64,000 nucleotides of DNA from a virus (IMGVR_UViG_3300035208_002606), one strand, 5' to 3'; positions 1 to 9,865 are shown, counted from the stretch's first letter. The notes: generated from the sequence alone by a model not told the origin. Program-made: numbers and translations.

Positions 1-1
1 G

Positions 2-1027
2 GGGATAACGGGGTCAGGAAAAAGTTACATTGCCCAAAAAATATCTGAAGAACTAAACATTCCTTATCTAGATTTTGATGCTATGTATGACTATTCTAAT
101 ATCAACACATCTTATGAAAAAGAATTTTTAGACACACTACCAAAACAATTTATTATCGATGGGATACCATATATCAATCAGTACGATTCATTTAATGAAT
201 ATAAAAATAATAACGAAGTAATTATTATTTGTTTGATTCAAAGTGATATAAACAAATGGATTAAAAATATCGTCAATAAATCTTATTTTATAAGTGCCAA
301 CGTCCATTTTGAAAAAGACCATCTGTATAATGCTTGGATATATCTATATACCAAAGGATTGCAAATATTATCCCCAATGTATTTTTATGATAATAGTATG
401 AATAAAGTTTTGGGTTTGGAAGAATTTAATAATATTAAAATACAAGCAATGGCAGAAATACAAAAACTCAAAGAAACCAATACACATATTTTAAAACACT
501 ATATTGAAAATCTACCTTATGTCCCCCTTCGTAATTTTCAAGATATCGAATGCATCAATTACGAAGGATTCTCAAAATCATGGAAAACGTGGGACACAAT
601 AAAATCATTCGTAGATTGGAAAGATAAAACCATTGTTGACGTTGGCCCCTTTCATGGATATTTCTCTTTCAAAGCAGAACAGGCAGGAGCAAAAAAAGTA
701 TATGGTTTAGAAATAGACCCCGCTATTCTAGAAACCGCCAACATCATAAAAAAAATAATACAAAGTAAGGCAGAGTTTTCCTTATGGGACGGAACAACAC
801 CTACCCCACAGGCAAACATCGCTTTGGTTTTAAATGTCTTTCACCATGTAAAGGACAAAGAACTCTTGCTCCAAAACATAAAGGCCAAAACTGCCATTTT
901 TGAAGTCAAAGAACAACAAATGGAATTGGTTAAAAAATATTTTAATATTTTAAAACAAGAAAAATCACATCGGATTGATTTGGACACGAACCTTTACAGA
1001 CACGTTATATTAGGAGAAAAAAAATGA
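2..1027 (+). CDS. P-loop kinase / class I SAM-methyltransferase fusion (5' end outside window)
   Basis: Frame is open from window start: GITGSGKSYIAQ Walker A precedes the listed M; C-terminal IVDVGPFHGYF...VYGLEIDP SAM-MTase motif I. Confidence 0.5.
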   Translation, partial: GITGSGKSYIAQKISEELNIPYLDFDAMYDYSNINTSYEKEFLDTLPKQFIIDGIPYINQYDSFNEYKNNNEVIIICLIQSDINKWIKNIVNKSYFISANVHFEKDHLYNAWIYLYTKGLQILSPMYFYDNSMNKVLGLEEFNNIKIQAMAEIQKLKETNTHILKHYIENLPYVPLRNFQDIECINYEGFSKSWKTWDTIKSFVDWKDKTIVDVGPFHGYFSFKAEQAGAKKVYGLEIDPAILETANIIKKIIQSKAEFSLWDGTTPTPQANIALVLNVFHHVKDKELLLQNIKAKTAIFEVKEQQMELVKKYFNILKQEKSHRIDLDTNLYRHVILGEKK

Positions 1028-2085
1028 ACGGAACATTCACGGACAAAACCATCGTAATTACAGGCGGCACGGGTTCACTAGGAAAAGTATTAGTTCGCCG
1101 TATTCTTGGTGAAGAAATGGGCCGGCCCAGAAAAATTATCGTATTTTCTAGGGACGAAGCCAAACAATATCAAATGCTTATGCATTACGAATCGTTAAAA
1201 AATTCAACAGAAGAAATAATATATCAGAATTATAAAAAAAGTTTACAATTTCGTATCGGAGATGTTAGGAATTATCATTCTTTAAGTTGTGTATTAAGAG
1301 ATGTTGATATTGTTATACACGCAGCCGCATTAAAAATAGTGCCAAATTTGGAAATTTTCCCTTATGAGGGAATTTTAACTAATTGTGAAGGAAGTCAGAA
1401 TATTATAACTGCCATACACGAAAATAAATTTGATATAGAAACTGTTATAGGAATTTCTACTGACAAAGCGGTTCACCCTGAAAATGCTTATGGTGCTATG
1501 AAATTATTAATGGAAAGGCTTTTAATTTCTGCTAATCTTTTTATACCAAATACAAAATTTGTTTTGTGTAGATATGGAAATGTCTTGGATTCTAGGGGTA
1601 GTGTTATCCCTCTTTTCCACGAACAAATTTTAAAAAATATACCGATAACAATTACAACAAAAAATATGACTAGATTTTTATTACCCCTTCTTAAAGGGGT
1701 TGATACCATTCACGAAACTATAAAAAATGGATTAAAAGGTGAAATAATTGTTCCGAAAGTTCCCGCTAGTAAAATACTTGACATAGCAGAACTTTTGATA
1801 GAACATAATAAAAAATTAGAGATAAAAGAAATAGGAATCAGACAAGGTGAAAAAATAAATGAAATTTTAATATCAGAAGAAGAAGCACCAAGAACATATG
1901 AAACCAATGGATACTATCATATACAACCGATGCTTCCAGAATTAACAGATAAGAAATTGTATACAAATATATTAAAACAAGAATATTCTTCTAAAGATTT
2001 TGTTATGAGTAAAAAAGATACGAAAAAATTATTAGAAGAGAATCACCTTTTATATAATAAAGATTATTATGAAAATAATAAATAA
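1024..2085 (+). CDS. UDP-GlcNAc 4,6-dehydratase-like SDR (PseB/FlaA1/CapE family)
   Basis: N-terminal KTIVITGGTGSLGK Rossmann motif typical of FlaA1/CapD/PseB; start overlaps stop of upstream gene (ATGA). Confidence 0.65.
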   Translation: MNGTFTDKTIVITGGTGSLGKVLVRRILGEEMGRPRKIIVFSRDEAKQYQMLMHYESLKNSTEEIIYQNYKKSLQFRIGDVRNYHSLSCVLRDVDIVIHAAALKIVPNLEIFPYEGILTNCEGSQNIITAIHENKFDIETVIGISTDKAVHPENAYGAMKLLMERLLISANLFIPNTKFVLCRYGNVLDSRGSVIPLFHEQILKNIPITITTKNMTRFLLPLLKGVDTIHETIKNGLKGEIIVPKVPASKILDIAELLIEHNKKLEIKEIGIRQGEKINEILISEEEAPRTYETNGYYHIQPMLPELTDKKLYTNILKQEYSSKDFVMSKKDTKKLLEENHLLYNKDYYENNK

Positions 2086-2147
2086 TAGTGAAGGACAGGG
2101 GATGCAACCCTTTCTAGAACACCTCGATTGTTCTAGATTACTTCACT
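2075..2147 (+). promoter_or_regulatory. conserved structured leader upstream of GIY-YIG gene (AATAATAGTG motif + nested hairpins)
   Basis: agtgaagg...cttcact outer helix, gggatgcaaccc palindrome, tctagaaca/tgttctaga hairpin. Confidence 0.5.
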
Positions 2148-2175
2148 TATATTTGGCTTATCGAGGAGGCTAAAG

Positions 2176-2895
2176 ATGAATCAAAAACTTGGAACAATTT
2201 ATATTGCTACCAATCTAGTCAATGGAAAGCAATATGTGGGGCAGACAACAAAAAATTTAAAAAGAAGAATACGAGGACATAAAAATAAACGAAATTATCC
2301 TATTTCTAATGCAATCAAAAAATATGGCATCGAAAATTTCAAATGGATTTCTTTTTCTTGCCCCGAAGAAGACTTGGATTGGCAAGAAAGTTTTTTGATA
2401 AAAGAGTTGAATACATTGGCTCCTTATGGGTATAATCTTGAAACGGGTGGAAATAAAAATAAACATTTACATAAATCAACAAGAGAAATAATGAGTATCA
2501 ATATGATAAAAAGATTGAGAAATAAAAAAAATCATCCTATGTTTGGAAGAAAAAGAAAAGAAGAAGAAAAACCATATAAATTAACATTAGAAATAGCCCA
2601 ATTAATAAGACAAAGAGTTAAAAATGGAGAAAAAGAAATAGATATAGCAAAAGAATATAATGTTCATAGGAAAACCATTTCTAAAATAAAAAACCATAAA
2701 ATTTATATTATTGATGGGGAAAATAAAATATTTAATAATTATGGTAATAGAAAATTAACCAATAACGAAATAACCACAATAAGAAAAAAGATTTCAAATA
2801 AAGAAAAACAGAAAAATATTGCTAAAGAATATAATGTTGGATTTTACACCATTTCTGCTATAAAAAATAATAAAAGTTATATAGGAGAAATATAA
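2176..2895 (+). CDS. GIY-YIG homing endonuclease with C-terminal repeated HTH modules
   Basis: GTIYIATNLVNGKQYVGQT...R..H...YGYNLETGG GIY-YIG core; two IAKEYNV...TISKIKN repeats. Confidence 0.8.
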   Translation: MNQKLGTIYIATNLVNGKQYVGQTTKNLKRRIRGHKNKRNYPISNAIKKYGIENFKWISFSCPEEDLDWQESFLIKELNTLAPYGYNLETGGNKNKHLHKSTREIMSINMIKRLRNKKNHPMFGRKRKEEEKPYKLTLEIAQLIRQRVKNGEKEIDIAKEYNVHRKTISKIKNHKIYIIDGENKIFNNYGNRKLTNNEITTIRKKISNKEKQKNIAKEYNVGFYTISAIKNNKSYIGEI

Positions 2896-3806
2896 TGAAT
2901 TCAAAAATCGCTATTCTTGGTAGTTCAGGAATGTTGGGCCACCAGGTTGCCAATTATTTTTACAGGCATTACTACCCTGCCGACCTGACATTTTTCGCAA
3001 GGAACATAGACAGCAAGAAATGGCAGGGAGTGGAGACAGTTGAATTGGACGATGATTGGTGTGCTTTGCACGATATCAACAAATACGATTATATTATCAA
3101 CTGTATCGGAGTTATTAATCGCCGTATTGACGAAAAAGACCCGTCAAGCAGAATTAATGCTTTTATCGGCAATGTTTCCCTACCGTATTATCTCGCACGA
3201 AAAGTGGAAGGCACGAACACACAAATCCTGCAAATTTCAACCGATTGCGTATTCAACGGCAAAGAACCTTTGGCACTTACGGAAGTGACCCCACATAACG
3301 CAACGGATTGGTACGGCAAAACAAAGAGTCTTGGGGAAGTCGTATCCAAAAATTTCCACCATATTCGCACTTCCATTATCGGCAGGGAAGAGCCGCCGAA
3401 TCGTAGGTCGCTGTTGGAGTGGTTCCTGCATTTGGAGCAGGGGGCCGAGGTCAATGGTTTTGTCAATCATTTATGGAACGGCACAACTACGCTAGAGTTC
3501 GCCAAACTTTGTTTCTCCATCATCACCAATAATATAGACATGCCCCTCGTTCACCACTTTGTCCACATCGATATCGTTACCAAATATGGAATGCTCAAAA
3601 CCTTTGCCAAAGTATTTGATAGGCCCGATATCAAGATAAATCCTTACGAGACTGAACCCGTATATAAGGCATTGACCACTCTAAGTCCGAACCTTAATGC
3701 CGAACTAGTAGCGTCAATAGGATATAAAAAACCGACATTTGAAAATTTATTATGGGAGTTAAAGAATGAAACAGAAAATTCTAGTGTGTTTGGGTACGAG
3801 ACCTGA
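2895..3806 (+). CDS. RmlD/CapF-like NAD(P)-dependent sugar-nucleotide reductase
   Basis: N-terminal KIAILGSSGMLG Rossmann motif; position after dehydratase in operon. Confidence 0.5.
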   Translation: MNSKIAILGSSGMLGHQVANYFYRHYYPADLTFFARNIDSKKWQGVETVELDDDWCALHDINKYDYIINCIGVINRRIDEKDPSSRINAFIGNVSLPYYLARKVEGTNTQILQISTDCVFNGKEPLALTEVTPHNATDWYGKTKSLGEVVSKNFHHIRTSIIGREEPPNRRSLLEWFLHLEQGAEVNGFVNHLWNGTTTLEFAKLCFSIITNNIDMPLVHHFVHIDIVTKYGMLKTFAKVFDRPDIKINPYETEPVYKALTTLSPNLNAELVASIGYKKPTFENLLWELKNETENSSVFGYET

Positions 3807-4830
3807 AATAATACGTTTATCTCAAATCATTTTCAAACTTAAACAAGTGGCTGATGTGGTGGTGGTCAATACTAACCAAAACTTTGACCCCAAATTGAAC
3901 GAAAACTTTTTACAAGAATTGGGTATACATATCGACCATAACCTGAACGCTAGAGGGACTTTTTCCGAACAATGTGCGGGAATTTTTATGGGGATGGAGC
4001 ATGTTATTACCCAAGAGAAGCCGCATAAGTTCCTTGTACTTGGGGACACCAATTCAGGACTTGGGGCCATCATTGCAAAGAAAATGGGAATACCCGTCTA
4101 TCATTTGGAAGCAGGAAACCGTTGTTTCGATGATGCTGTTCCCGAAGAAGTAAACCGCCGTGTTATTGACCATTGTTCCGATATTCTCATGCCGTATACC
4201 GAACGAGCAAAAGAGAATTTAGTTGTAGAAGGGATTCCCCGCCAACGTATTTATATTATTGGCAACCCCATCTTTGAGGTTATCAATCATTATACTTCCA
4301 AGGCTAGACAAGACAGAGTTTGGAAAAAACCATATTATCTTATTACCCTTCACCGTTCGGAAAATGTGGACAATGAAGAACGCTTCGCAAGATTCCTTCA
4401 TCTTTTCACAACCTTTGCGGAATTACACAAGGATACCGATGTAATTGTCAGCACTCACCCGCATACAAGGCTGAATATGACCAAGATGGGAATAGCAATG
4501 GATACAATGCCAAAAAATTTAATATTTTCTGAACCATTTGGGTTTACGGATTTTATTAATCTTGAATTGAACGCCAAAATGGTATTTACGGATTCAGGAA
4601 CAGTTCAAGAAGAATGTTCCATTCTTAAAGTTCCCAACATGACCCTTAGGACGACAACTGAACGCCCCGAAACAATTGAGAGCGGCTCCAATATTTTAAT
4701 GAATCAGGATTTTGACCTGATGAATAACGAATATTTCCAAATGGTGACAGGAAGCCCTCCATCAGGATATTTGGATGAAAATGTCAGCGATAAAGTCGTA
4801 CGAATAATTTTAGGGCATTATCAAAAGTAA
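3766..4830 (+). CDS. UDP-N-acetylglucosamine 2-epimerase (WecB/CapG family)
   Basis: MKQKILVCLGTRPEIIRLSQII matches WecB N-terminus (FGTRPEAIKMAP); HLEAG, DSGT motifs. Confidence 0.7.
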   Translation: MKQKILVCLGTRPEIIRLSQIIFKLKQVADVVVVNTNQNFDPKLNENFLQELGIHIDHNLNARGTFSEQCAGIFMGMEHVITQEKPHKFLVLGDTNSGLGAIIAKKMGIPVYHLEAGNRCFDDAVPEEVNRRVIDHCSDILMPYTERAKENLVVEGIPRQRIYIIGNPIFEVINHYTSKARQDRVWKKPYYLITLHRSENVDNEERFARFLHLFTTFAELHKDTDVIVSTHPHTRLNMTKMGIAMDTMPKNLIFSEPFGFTDFINLELNAKMVFTDSGTVQEECSILKVPNMTLRTTTERPETIESGSNILMNQDFDLMNNEYFQMVTGSPPSGYLDENVSDKVVRIILGHYQK

Positions 4831-4845
4831 TTTTTATTACACTCT

Positions 4846-4856
4846 GTGGTATAATA
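4846..4856 (+). promoter_or_regulatory. extended -10 promoter TGTGGTATAAT
   Basis: TGnTATAAT 18 nt upstream of RBS. Confidence 0.5.
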
Positions 4857-4873
4857 GATACTAGGAGGAAAAA

Positions 4874-5296
4874 ATGAATGTATACACCGACAACATGAAC
4901 TACTTTCAAAAGTTGATTCATGTATCCAAACAAAAACTTCAGAAGAAGTACGGTTGTTTCGCTGACTGCTCAGAAATGAGAGAGTACACCACATTGGTGT
5001 TCTACGACAAGGCAAGTAAAATTGCCCGTTTCGAAGTGGCAATCGTTCACCCCAAAAAGGACAGATTCAGCCGTGCGGGTGGTCGTGAGGAAGTACTGAA
5101 GCATCTCGCAAATGAAAAGGGATTTATGACTGTTGACCTGAGTGAGATGATGAAGGACGTAACCCCGGAATACGAGAAAAAAATCGTGTCCCACCTGTTG
5201 AGTGATTTCACCCATGAAATCATACCGAGGAGACTTTTCGGCAAACAGGTGAAACTTGTACCAACTTCTGAAGTAGCAGAACCCGAACAGAAGTAA
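4874..5296 (+). CDS. hypothetical protein
   Basis: ORF with RBS aggaggaaaaaATG downstream of extended -10 promoter. Confidence 0.5.
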   Translation: MNVYTDNMNYFQKLIHVSKQKLQKKYGCFADCSEMREYTTLVFYDKASKIARFEVAIVHPKKDRFSRAGGREEVLKHLANEKGFMTVDLSEMMKDVTPEYEKKIVSHLLSDFTHEIIPRRLFGKQVKLVPTSEVAEPEQK

Positions 5297-5883
5297 TGTT
5301 TACGGTAGGGTCTGTTCAATTTGAATGTGAGCGGGTATTCCCACCGGAATACCCTGCTCATGCTATTAATTCAGAAAGAGTTTTTGAAGTTCCTCTGTTG
5401 AAATATTATGTCAATAAGTTTAGTAATCATCCTAATTTCATAGAAGTTGGGGCTTGTTCCAAACACTTCATGCCCGTGTCTCACCCAATTTACGATGCTC
5501 AGGAAAAGGGTGCAATCAACGAGTTCGCAGAAAACCTGAAATACGAAGGCAAAAATGTACTCTGCATCTCTACGATTGAACACATCGGTGCTGGACACTT
5601 CGGACTCCCTTATCAACCCCTTCATGCCATCACCGTCCTGAACATGATTCTCGATGCGGAAACCTATCTCATCACCTTTCCCATTTTTCAGAATACTCTG
5701 CTAGATTACTATGTTCGCAACATTATCCAAAACCTAATTCCTTTAAATGTCAAGACCGCATCACGAGATGTGGACAACAATTGGAAAGTGGACGCTAAAA
5801 ATAATTTCGACTACAAGTACGGAACTCCTTATCCCTACGCAAACGGAGTCTGTATAATTACGAACCTTCCTGAGTTGGTTTAA
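5296..5883 (+). CDS. hypothetical protein
   Basis: ORF, stop/start overlap with upstream gene. Confidence 0.45.
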   Translation: MFTVGSVQFECERVFPPEYPAHAINSERVFEVPLLKYYVNKFSNHPNFIEVGACSKHFMPVSHPIYDAQEKGAINEFAENLKYEGKNVLCISTIEHIGAGHFGLPYQPLHAITVLNMILDAETYLITFPIFQNTLLDYYVRNIIQNLIPLNVKTASRDVDNNWKVDAKNNFDYKYGTPYPYANGVCIITNLPELV

Positions 5884-5895
5884 ATAAATAACAGT

Positions 5896-6102
5896 ATGAA
5901 GTTCAAAATAGTGGGTACAGGCTCGAACGCCAATTATGATTATCGTAAATATAAAAGACTAGCCCCACCAAAAAGAGAAAAATCTATCCCTGATAAAGAT
6001 TTAATAATAAACAAAGGCGCATCAAATACACAAGCAAATAAATCACAAGATGAATATTTTTATAAAGGGAAACCTTTCCAAAGCGATAAACCACATGTGT
6101 GA
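5896..6102 (+). CDS. hypothetical small protein (MKFK start)
   Basis: 68 aa ORF beginning MKFKIV. Confidence 0.3.
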   Translation: MKFKIVGTGSNANYDYRKYKRLAPPKREKSIPDKDLIINKGASNTQANKSQDEYFYKGKPFQSDKPHV

Positions 6103-6111
6103 TTCCAATAA

Positions 6112-6186
6112 AAACAATAAATAATAGTGAAGGACAGGGGTTGCAACCCTTTTTGAAATGCTCACTCCATTTCAAATCACTTCACT
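6112..6186 (+). promoter_or_regulatory. conserved structured leader upstream of HNH gene
   Basis: Same architecture: agtgaagg...cttcact, gggttgcaaccc, ttgaaatg/catttcaa. Confidence 0.5.
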
Positions 6187-6198
6187 TTAAAATTCAAT

Positions 6199-6948
6199 TT
6201 GAGTGAGGAGTTGAAGATGAACCAAAAATATTCCACAAAAGAAAGAAAAGAAGCAAGAAGAAAAAATCAAAAAAAATACAACCAGAAACATAGAGAAGAA
6301 AGAAAAAAATATAAAAAAGAATACGACCAAAAACATAAAGAAGAAAGAAAATTAAAGGGTAAAGAATATTATCAAAACAATAAAGAAAAAATATCATTAC
6401 AGCGAAAAGAATATCGTAAAAATCACAAAAAAGAAATAAAAGAACATTATCAAAAAAATAAAGAAAAAATATTACAAAAGAAAAAAGAATATCGTAAAAT
6501 ACATAAAGAAGAAATAGACACATATAATAAAAAATATAGTAAATGCCATAAAGAAGAAAGGAAAAAATACGATAAGGAATATCGAAAAAAACATAAAATA
6601 AAACGTAATAAAAATAGAAATGCGAAATTAAAAACTGACATTAATTTTAAAATTGCCTTTAATTTACGAACCAGATTACGTTCAGCAATCAAAAATAACC
6701 AAAAAGTAGGTTCCGCAGTCAGAGATTTAGGTTGTACTATTCCCGAACTTAAACTTTACTTAGAATCGAAATTTCAAGACGGAATGTCTTGGAAAAATTA
6801 TGGTTATTGGGGTTGGCATATAGACCACATAATTCCTTTATACTCCTTCAATCTTCAAAATAGAGAAGAATTCTTAAAGGCCTGTCATTATACAAACCTT
6901 CAACCGATGTGGGCCGAAGAAAATTTTAAAAAAGGAAAATACATATAA
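6199..6948 (+). CDS. HNH homing endonuclease with Lys/Arg-rich repeat N-terminus
   Basis: C-terminal GWHIDHIIPL...N....HYTNLQPMWAEENFKKG HNH motif; RBS gagtgaggagttgaagATG. Confidence 0.8.
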   Translation: MSEELKMNQKYSTKERKEARRKNQKKYNQKHREERKKYKKEYDQKHKEERKLKGKEYYQNNKEKISLQRKEYRKNHKKEIKEHYQKNKEKILQKKKEYRKIHKEEIDTYNKKYSKCHKEERKKYDKEYRKKHKIKRNKNRNAKLKTDINFKIAFNLRTRLRSAIKNNQKVGSAVRDLGCTIPELKLYLESKFQDGMSWKNYGYWGWHIDHIIPLYSFNLQNREEFLKACHYTNLQPMWAEENFKKGKYI

Positions 6949-6959
6949 TTCCCAACCCC

Positions 6960-6988
6960 TTGACAAACACTACCAAGTGTGATATAAT
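6960..6988 (+). promoter_or_regulatory. consensus sigma70-type promoter TTGACA-17-TATAAT with TGTG extension
   Basis: ttgacaaacactaccaagtgtgatataat. Confidence 0.6.
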
Positions 6989-6994
6989 ACTATC

Positions 6995-7699
6995 ATGGAA
7001 AAACTGAAAATGGAAAAACTGAATATCCCGGGCCTTGTTTGTCCCATTTGCAATAAAAGGCTGATAAAAACCTCCCACGTTGCCATTGTAGACAGGAATA
7101 CCATTATCCATTTCGGAGCCAAATGTTTCATCACTTATATTGCAAAAACCCAAGAGCATCTTCCTGAAAAAAAGAGGGACAGGGTCAGCAAGTACGATTA
7201 CCTTTATTACTTCACCGCAAATTATGAAAAATCCAACAAGGCCATCACCGAAGCCGAATATATCAATTACCAAAAGCAGTTCACCAATGTCTTTCTTATG
7301 TTGGAACCCGTGGCCCTAAGGAAACAAATCAGGGACAGGATTTGGGGTTTCGTAGGGAGAAAACTCGCCAAAAATCTTCAGTATCTTCACGCCCTGAATA
7401 AAATTTACAACGACAACAAGGAGCGTTGGAGACCCAACGGTTTTCAGCCGACATTCATTTCATCCGTTTCCAATCAGTTTAAAACCAAGGGGTATTTGAG
7501 CAAAAAGCAATGGCAACTCGTTCAAGACCTTGTCGAAAGGAATATTAAACAGGAAGATAGACATTATCTTTATACCTCTCTTTCAGATTCAGACGATATT
7601 GCCAACCTTATGCTCCCCGACAAACTCCGTTGGTTGCAGAGCAGGAAAAGTTTTTATGCCATGTACAATCGGGAGCATGGAATTCCCGAAGAGGAGTAA
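6995..7699 (+). CDS. hypothetical protein (CPIC zinc-binding N-terminus)
   Basis: 234 aa ORF downstream of consensus sigma70-like promoter at 6960-6988. Confidence 0.5.
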   Translation: MEKLKMEKLNIPGLVCPICNKRLIKTSHVAIVDRNTIIHFGAKCFITYIAKTQEHLPEKKRDRVSKYDYLYYFTANYEKSNKAITEAEYINYQKQFTNVFLMLEPVALRKQIRDRIWGFVGRKLAKNLQYLHALNKIYNDNKERWRPNGFQPTFISSVSNQFKTKGYLSKKQWQLVQDLVERNIKQEDRHYLYTSLSDSDDIANLMLPDKLRWLQSRKSFYAMYNREHGIPEEE

Positions 7700-7702
7700 A
7701 GA

Positions 7703-7975
7703 ATGAAAATAATTTGGTATGGTTTATTATTTATCCCTAGTAATCGTCTTTTGGGATTTTCTACAATGTCAAACCCCGAAGATGGAGAATGTATTGGGGT
7801 TATGTTTACTCTTGATTTATATTCCGATAATATTTGGTTAGTGTCAAAACAAGAAATTGCAGAAAGAGCAAGAACAACAAATACCTCATGGTATAATGCA
7901 GGATATGATAGCCCCGAAAATACTTTTAATTCTAAAGACTTAAAAGTCGTCCAAGTGGAGATAGAAGTCAAATAA
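7703..7975 (+). CDS. hypothetical protein
   Basis: 90 aa ORF, RBS gaggagtaaagaATG. Confidence 0.35.
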   Translation: MKIIWYGLLFIPSNRLLGFSTMSNPEDGECIGVMFTLDLYSDNIWLVSKQEIAERARTTNTSWYNAGYDSPENTFNSKDLKVVQVEIEVK

Positions 7976-8040
7976 AAAGCACTAAATAAAAGTAGATGAA
8001 ACTAGTAATTATTGAAAAACTTAAAACGCAGGACTAAAAT

Positions 8041-8670
8041 ATGGCCGAAAAAAAATATTTTACCAAGGAAGAAAAAAAATTAGCACAAAAAGAAAACTAT
8101 AAAAAGTGGTACGAAAATCATAAAACAGAAAGAAAAGCAAAAGATAATAAACGGCGCAGGGAATACTATCAAAATCATAAAGAAGAGCGATTATTATACG
8201 CAAAAGAATATCGTGAAAATCATAAAGAAAAAGGAAAAAAATACAATAAAAATTGGAGGACTGAACATAAACAAGAAATAAAAATAAAAAGAAAAGAATA
8301 TTATCAAAATCATAAAGAAGAGAGAAATAAATATACTCTTAATAAATTGAAAAATAATATTAATTTTAAAATAGCAAATAATTTACGAAATAGATTACGC
8401 CAAGCCTTAAAAGATAATCAAAAATCAGGTTCAGCAGTTAAAGATTTAGGATGTTCTATCCCCGAACTTAAAACCCATTTAGAATCCAAATTTCAAGACG
8501 GAATGACTTGGGATAATTGGTCTCCTACAGGTTGGCACATCGACCATATCAAACCTTTGGCTTCTTTTAATTTAATTAACAGAAAAGAGTTTTTAAAAGC
8601 AAATCATTACACAAATTTGCAACCAATGTGGGCTGAAGAAAACTTTAAAAAGGGGAAAAATGCAATTTGA
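8041..8670 (+). CDS. HNH homing endonuclease (paralog of 6199-6948)
   Basis: GWHIDHIKPLASFNL...HYTNLQPMWAEENFKKG; same Lys-rich N-terminal repeats. Confidence 0.8.
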   Translation: MAEKKYFTKEEKKLAQKENYKKWYENHKTERKAKDNKRRREYYQNHKEERLLYAKEYRENHKEKGKKYNKNWRTEHKQEIKIKRKEYYQNHKEERNKYTLNKLKNNINFKIANNLRNRLRQALKDNQKSGSAVKDLGCSIPELKTHLESKFQDGMTWDNWSPTGWHIDHIKPLASFNLINRKEFLKANHYTNLQPMWAEENFKKGKNAI

Positions 8671-9865
8671 AATTTTAGAAAAATTAGAAGTAAATTTAAA
8701 TAAAGAAATTTCTTTATTTGATTATATTAAAGACAAATCATTTGAGCAAATAAAAACAGATTTATCGCAAGACCCCCTTAATATTAAAACACAAGAAAAA
8801 GAAAATTTATATTTATTAAAGTACTCTCAAATCGACTCCGACTTTTCGTACAGAATCGTACGCCAATGCAGGGGGATTATTCTAGAGAAAGGTACGAACA
8901 AAATCGTGGCCTACCCCTTCGACAAATTCTTTAACATTCAGGAAGGACATGCCGACAAGGTGGACTTCGGGACGGCATCAATTCAGGAGAAAGTGGACGG
9001 CAGTATTATCAAGGTCTATTACTACGACAACAAGTGGAATATTGCGACCAACGGCACAATCGATGCGAAGGATGCTGAAGCCACGGACACGCTGACGGAT
9101 AAAAAGTACAACTTCCACGACTTGTTCTTGGACGGCATCGAAGAGCAGGGCATCACCTTTCCCGAACTGACGAAGAAGATGAACCCTGACTTGACTTATA
9201 TCTTTGAACTCGTTCACCCCGTCACCCGTATCGTTGTCAAATACGAAAAGCCGGGGATTTATCTCATCGGCATCCGCAACAACAAGACGGGAAAGGAAAT
9301 CGACACCTTTGACGAGTCGGATGAGACGGTTAAGGATATTACGGGCTTGGGAATCAAAAGACCCAAGACCTATCAGTTCGCTTCAACAGAGGAAATGATT
9401 GCGGCGGCAGAAAAACTCACGAAGGATGAAGAGGGATATGTCGTTCGAGACAAGGAATTCCGCAGGGTCAAGGTGAAGAGTCCCCTCTATCTTAAATTGC
9501 ATTATCTCAAGGCCAACAACGAATTGACCCCGAAGCACTTCATCGAACTCATTCAGCAGAATGAGACGGACGAGTTCTTGGGGAGTTTTCCTGAGTACAA
9601 GCCGAAGGTTGACGATATTCGCAACAGGATTTTTCGATACATCGAAACGGCGCAGAAAGATTGGCAAGACCTCTACAAACTCTTCGGGCCTGAGTTCAAA
9701 TCCCGCAGGGAATTTGCCGAAGTTGCGAAGAAGACCACGAACTCAGGAGCGATGTTTAAAGCGTTGGACGCTTTTCAGAAAGGTGAGACAGATATCAATA
9801 AATTTATCCATAAATACATTATGGAGATGCAAACGGACAGGCTGTTGACAGCAATAGGAGTGTGA
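8660..9865 (+). CDS. ATP-dependent RNA ligase (Rnl-type nucleotidyltransferase)
   Basis: IQEKVDGSIIKVYY KxDG motif I; size and context (next to CCA/Pnk genes). Confidence 0.6.
   Translation: MQFEILEKLEVNLNKEISLFDYIKDKSFEQIKTDLSQDPLNIKTQEKENLYLLKYSQIDSDFSYRIVRQCRGIILEKGTNKIVAYPFDKFFNIQEGHADKVDFGTASIQEKVDGSIIKVYYYDNKWNIATNGTIDAKDAEATDTLTDKKYNFHDLFLDGIEEQGITFPELTKKMNPDLTYIFELVHPVTRIVVKYEKPGIYLIGIRNNKTGKEIDTFDESDETVKDITGLGIKRPKTYQFASTEEMIAAAEKLTKDEEGYVVRDKEFRRVKVKSPLYLKLHYLKANNELTPKHFIELIQQNETDEFLGSFPEYKPKVDDIRNRIFRYIETAQKDWQDLYKLFGPEFKSRREFAEVAKKTTNSGAMFKALDAFQKGETDINKFIHKYIMEMQTDRLLTAIGV

Noticed and set aside
1488-1907. Antisense ORFs inside the dehydratase gene (and similar antisense ORFs throughout, e.g. 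3188-3470, 9383-9667, 14702-15157, 41458-42006, 43468-44350)
   Set aside because: Embedded opposite to long, motif-supported genes; typical frame shadows.
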